A DNA stretch of 64,000 nucleotides from Raillietiella orientalis (Eukaryota): contig JAYWIR010000006.1 in assembly GCA_036172245.1 (NCBI GenBank), positions 1,054,001 to 1,118,000 on the forward strand, read 5' to 3'. The translations under genes and the position numbers were made by a program. Positions within the stretch are counted from its first letter, which is position 1. The number at the start of each line of letters is the position of its first letter. Below, piece after piece: positions 63,090 through 64,000 of this stretch. The notes beneath the pieces were generated by a model that was not told the origin of the DNA, did no database searches, and saw nothing but the letters and a program-made list of their open reading frames with translations.

Positions 63090-63990
63090 AGACAAAACAG
63101 GAACCCCATCCACGAATGAAGTATGAAGTTCGGGGAGGGGTTCAGTTTCTTGTGAGCTTGGCGTAACCAATTCCTTGAGGATTGCAGCGGAAAGTCATCA
63201 GTTAGTGGTGTTGACTGATTTACCGATGGATGGGAACTCTGTTGTGAGTCGACAACGGGGGTATAAAGCGCGTCGTATAAATAAGCACCACTCTTTAGTT
63301 CTTCCATTCATCAACGGTATTTAGTAACCCCATATGTTGAGCTTCTTATAAAATGTAATTGCTGCCAAGAGCATGGAAATATGTAACGTCTCCAGGATAA
63401 AAACTTACTGCAAGAGGTAAACTGAAGGAAAACGAAAATCCTTGTTTCTCACGCGCCAGCGTGTACTGAAGTTCGCTTGCCTTTCTGTGAAAATGCCCGA
63501 GAAGTCGAAGATGTTCTGGACCTTGATGGAAATCCAGGACATCTCCGATTGCGAAGGAATGCAAACTCATTCCCTAATTGCATTGTAACAAATGCCTTTG
63601 AGGAACGACCTGGAAGTTTGGCACACACTGTTGTGGACACTAGTGTAGTAATGCCACGGCTCGACAACATCGATTACAACGGTCAACTCCTTCGAAATTT
63701 CGCTTCCATAATTTTCAGGAGTGTCTTAATCACCTACTGCCAACGATAATCCAGGCTGCTATCATAGATTTGATTTTCAACGGATCCGTGTTGATGTGGG
63801 ATACCAGAATGTTGTGGAATGCTTGCTATGGTTACTCCTGGTTCAACAGACACTCCACCGCTCATCTGTTAAAAGACTACAATCTCACTTGGCTGGGATC
63901 AATGAAGATTCTCCAATCGAAGTCTGAAAAATCAAATCACTTCAGGTTACTGAGGGTTCTTCTTCCTCACTAGTTTCTTAGGAAGGAAAG
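63090..63990 (-). mobile_element. Decayed Ty3/Gypsy integrase 3' region
   Basis: Ordered remnants HSTTFWYP/HQHGSVEN (cf. TTxYHPQxNGxVE), YTSVHNSVCQTSRSFLKG (cf. YNTSVHSSTGxTP), FAIGDV..GP, and the tail PLQSSRNWLRQAHKKLN. Confidence 0.6.
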
Positions 63991-64000
63991 CATCAAAGAA

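Overview
Eukaryotic (metazoan, probably arthropod) genomic DNA, not prokaryotic. The AT-rich left part (1-23.5 kb) holds six tightly packed housekeeping genes whose introns are mostly only 38-54 nt: QARS1 (-), SLC35C1 (-), a mu-class GST (+), HDAC1/Rpd3 (-), AHCY (+) and an HRI/EIF2AK1-like kinase (+). Near 23.6 kb the sequence switches abruptly to a very GC- and CpG-rich block that runs to about 50.5 kb. This block contains decayed L1/Tx1-like LINE copies, two unassigned spliced coiled-coil genes (-) and the 3' exons of an unknown + strand gene; most ORF-track entries there are spurious. The sequence then returns to AT-rich DNA with UBLCP1 (-) and a decayed Gypsy integrase. The most notable signal is two operon-like, same-strand gene pairs: SLC35C1->QARS1 (36 nt from stop to ATG) and AHCY->HRI (98 nt). 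Each spacer has a poly(A) signal followed by an unpaired 3' splice acceptor just upstream of the next ATG, which is the layout expected for polycistronic transcription resolved by spliced-leader trans-splicing (inference, untested). All gene models were assembled by hand, and GC/CpG statements are visual estimates.
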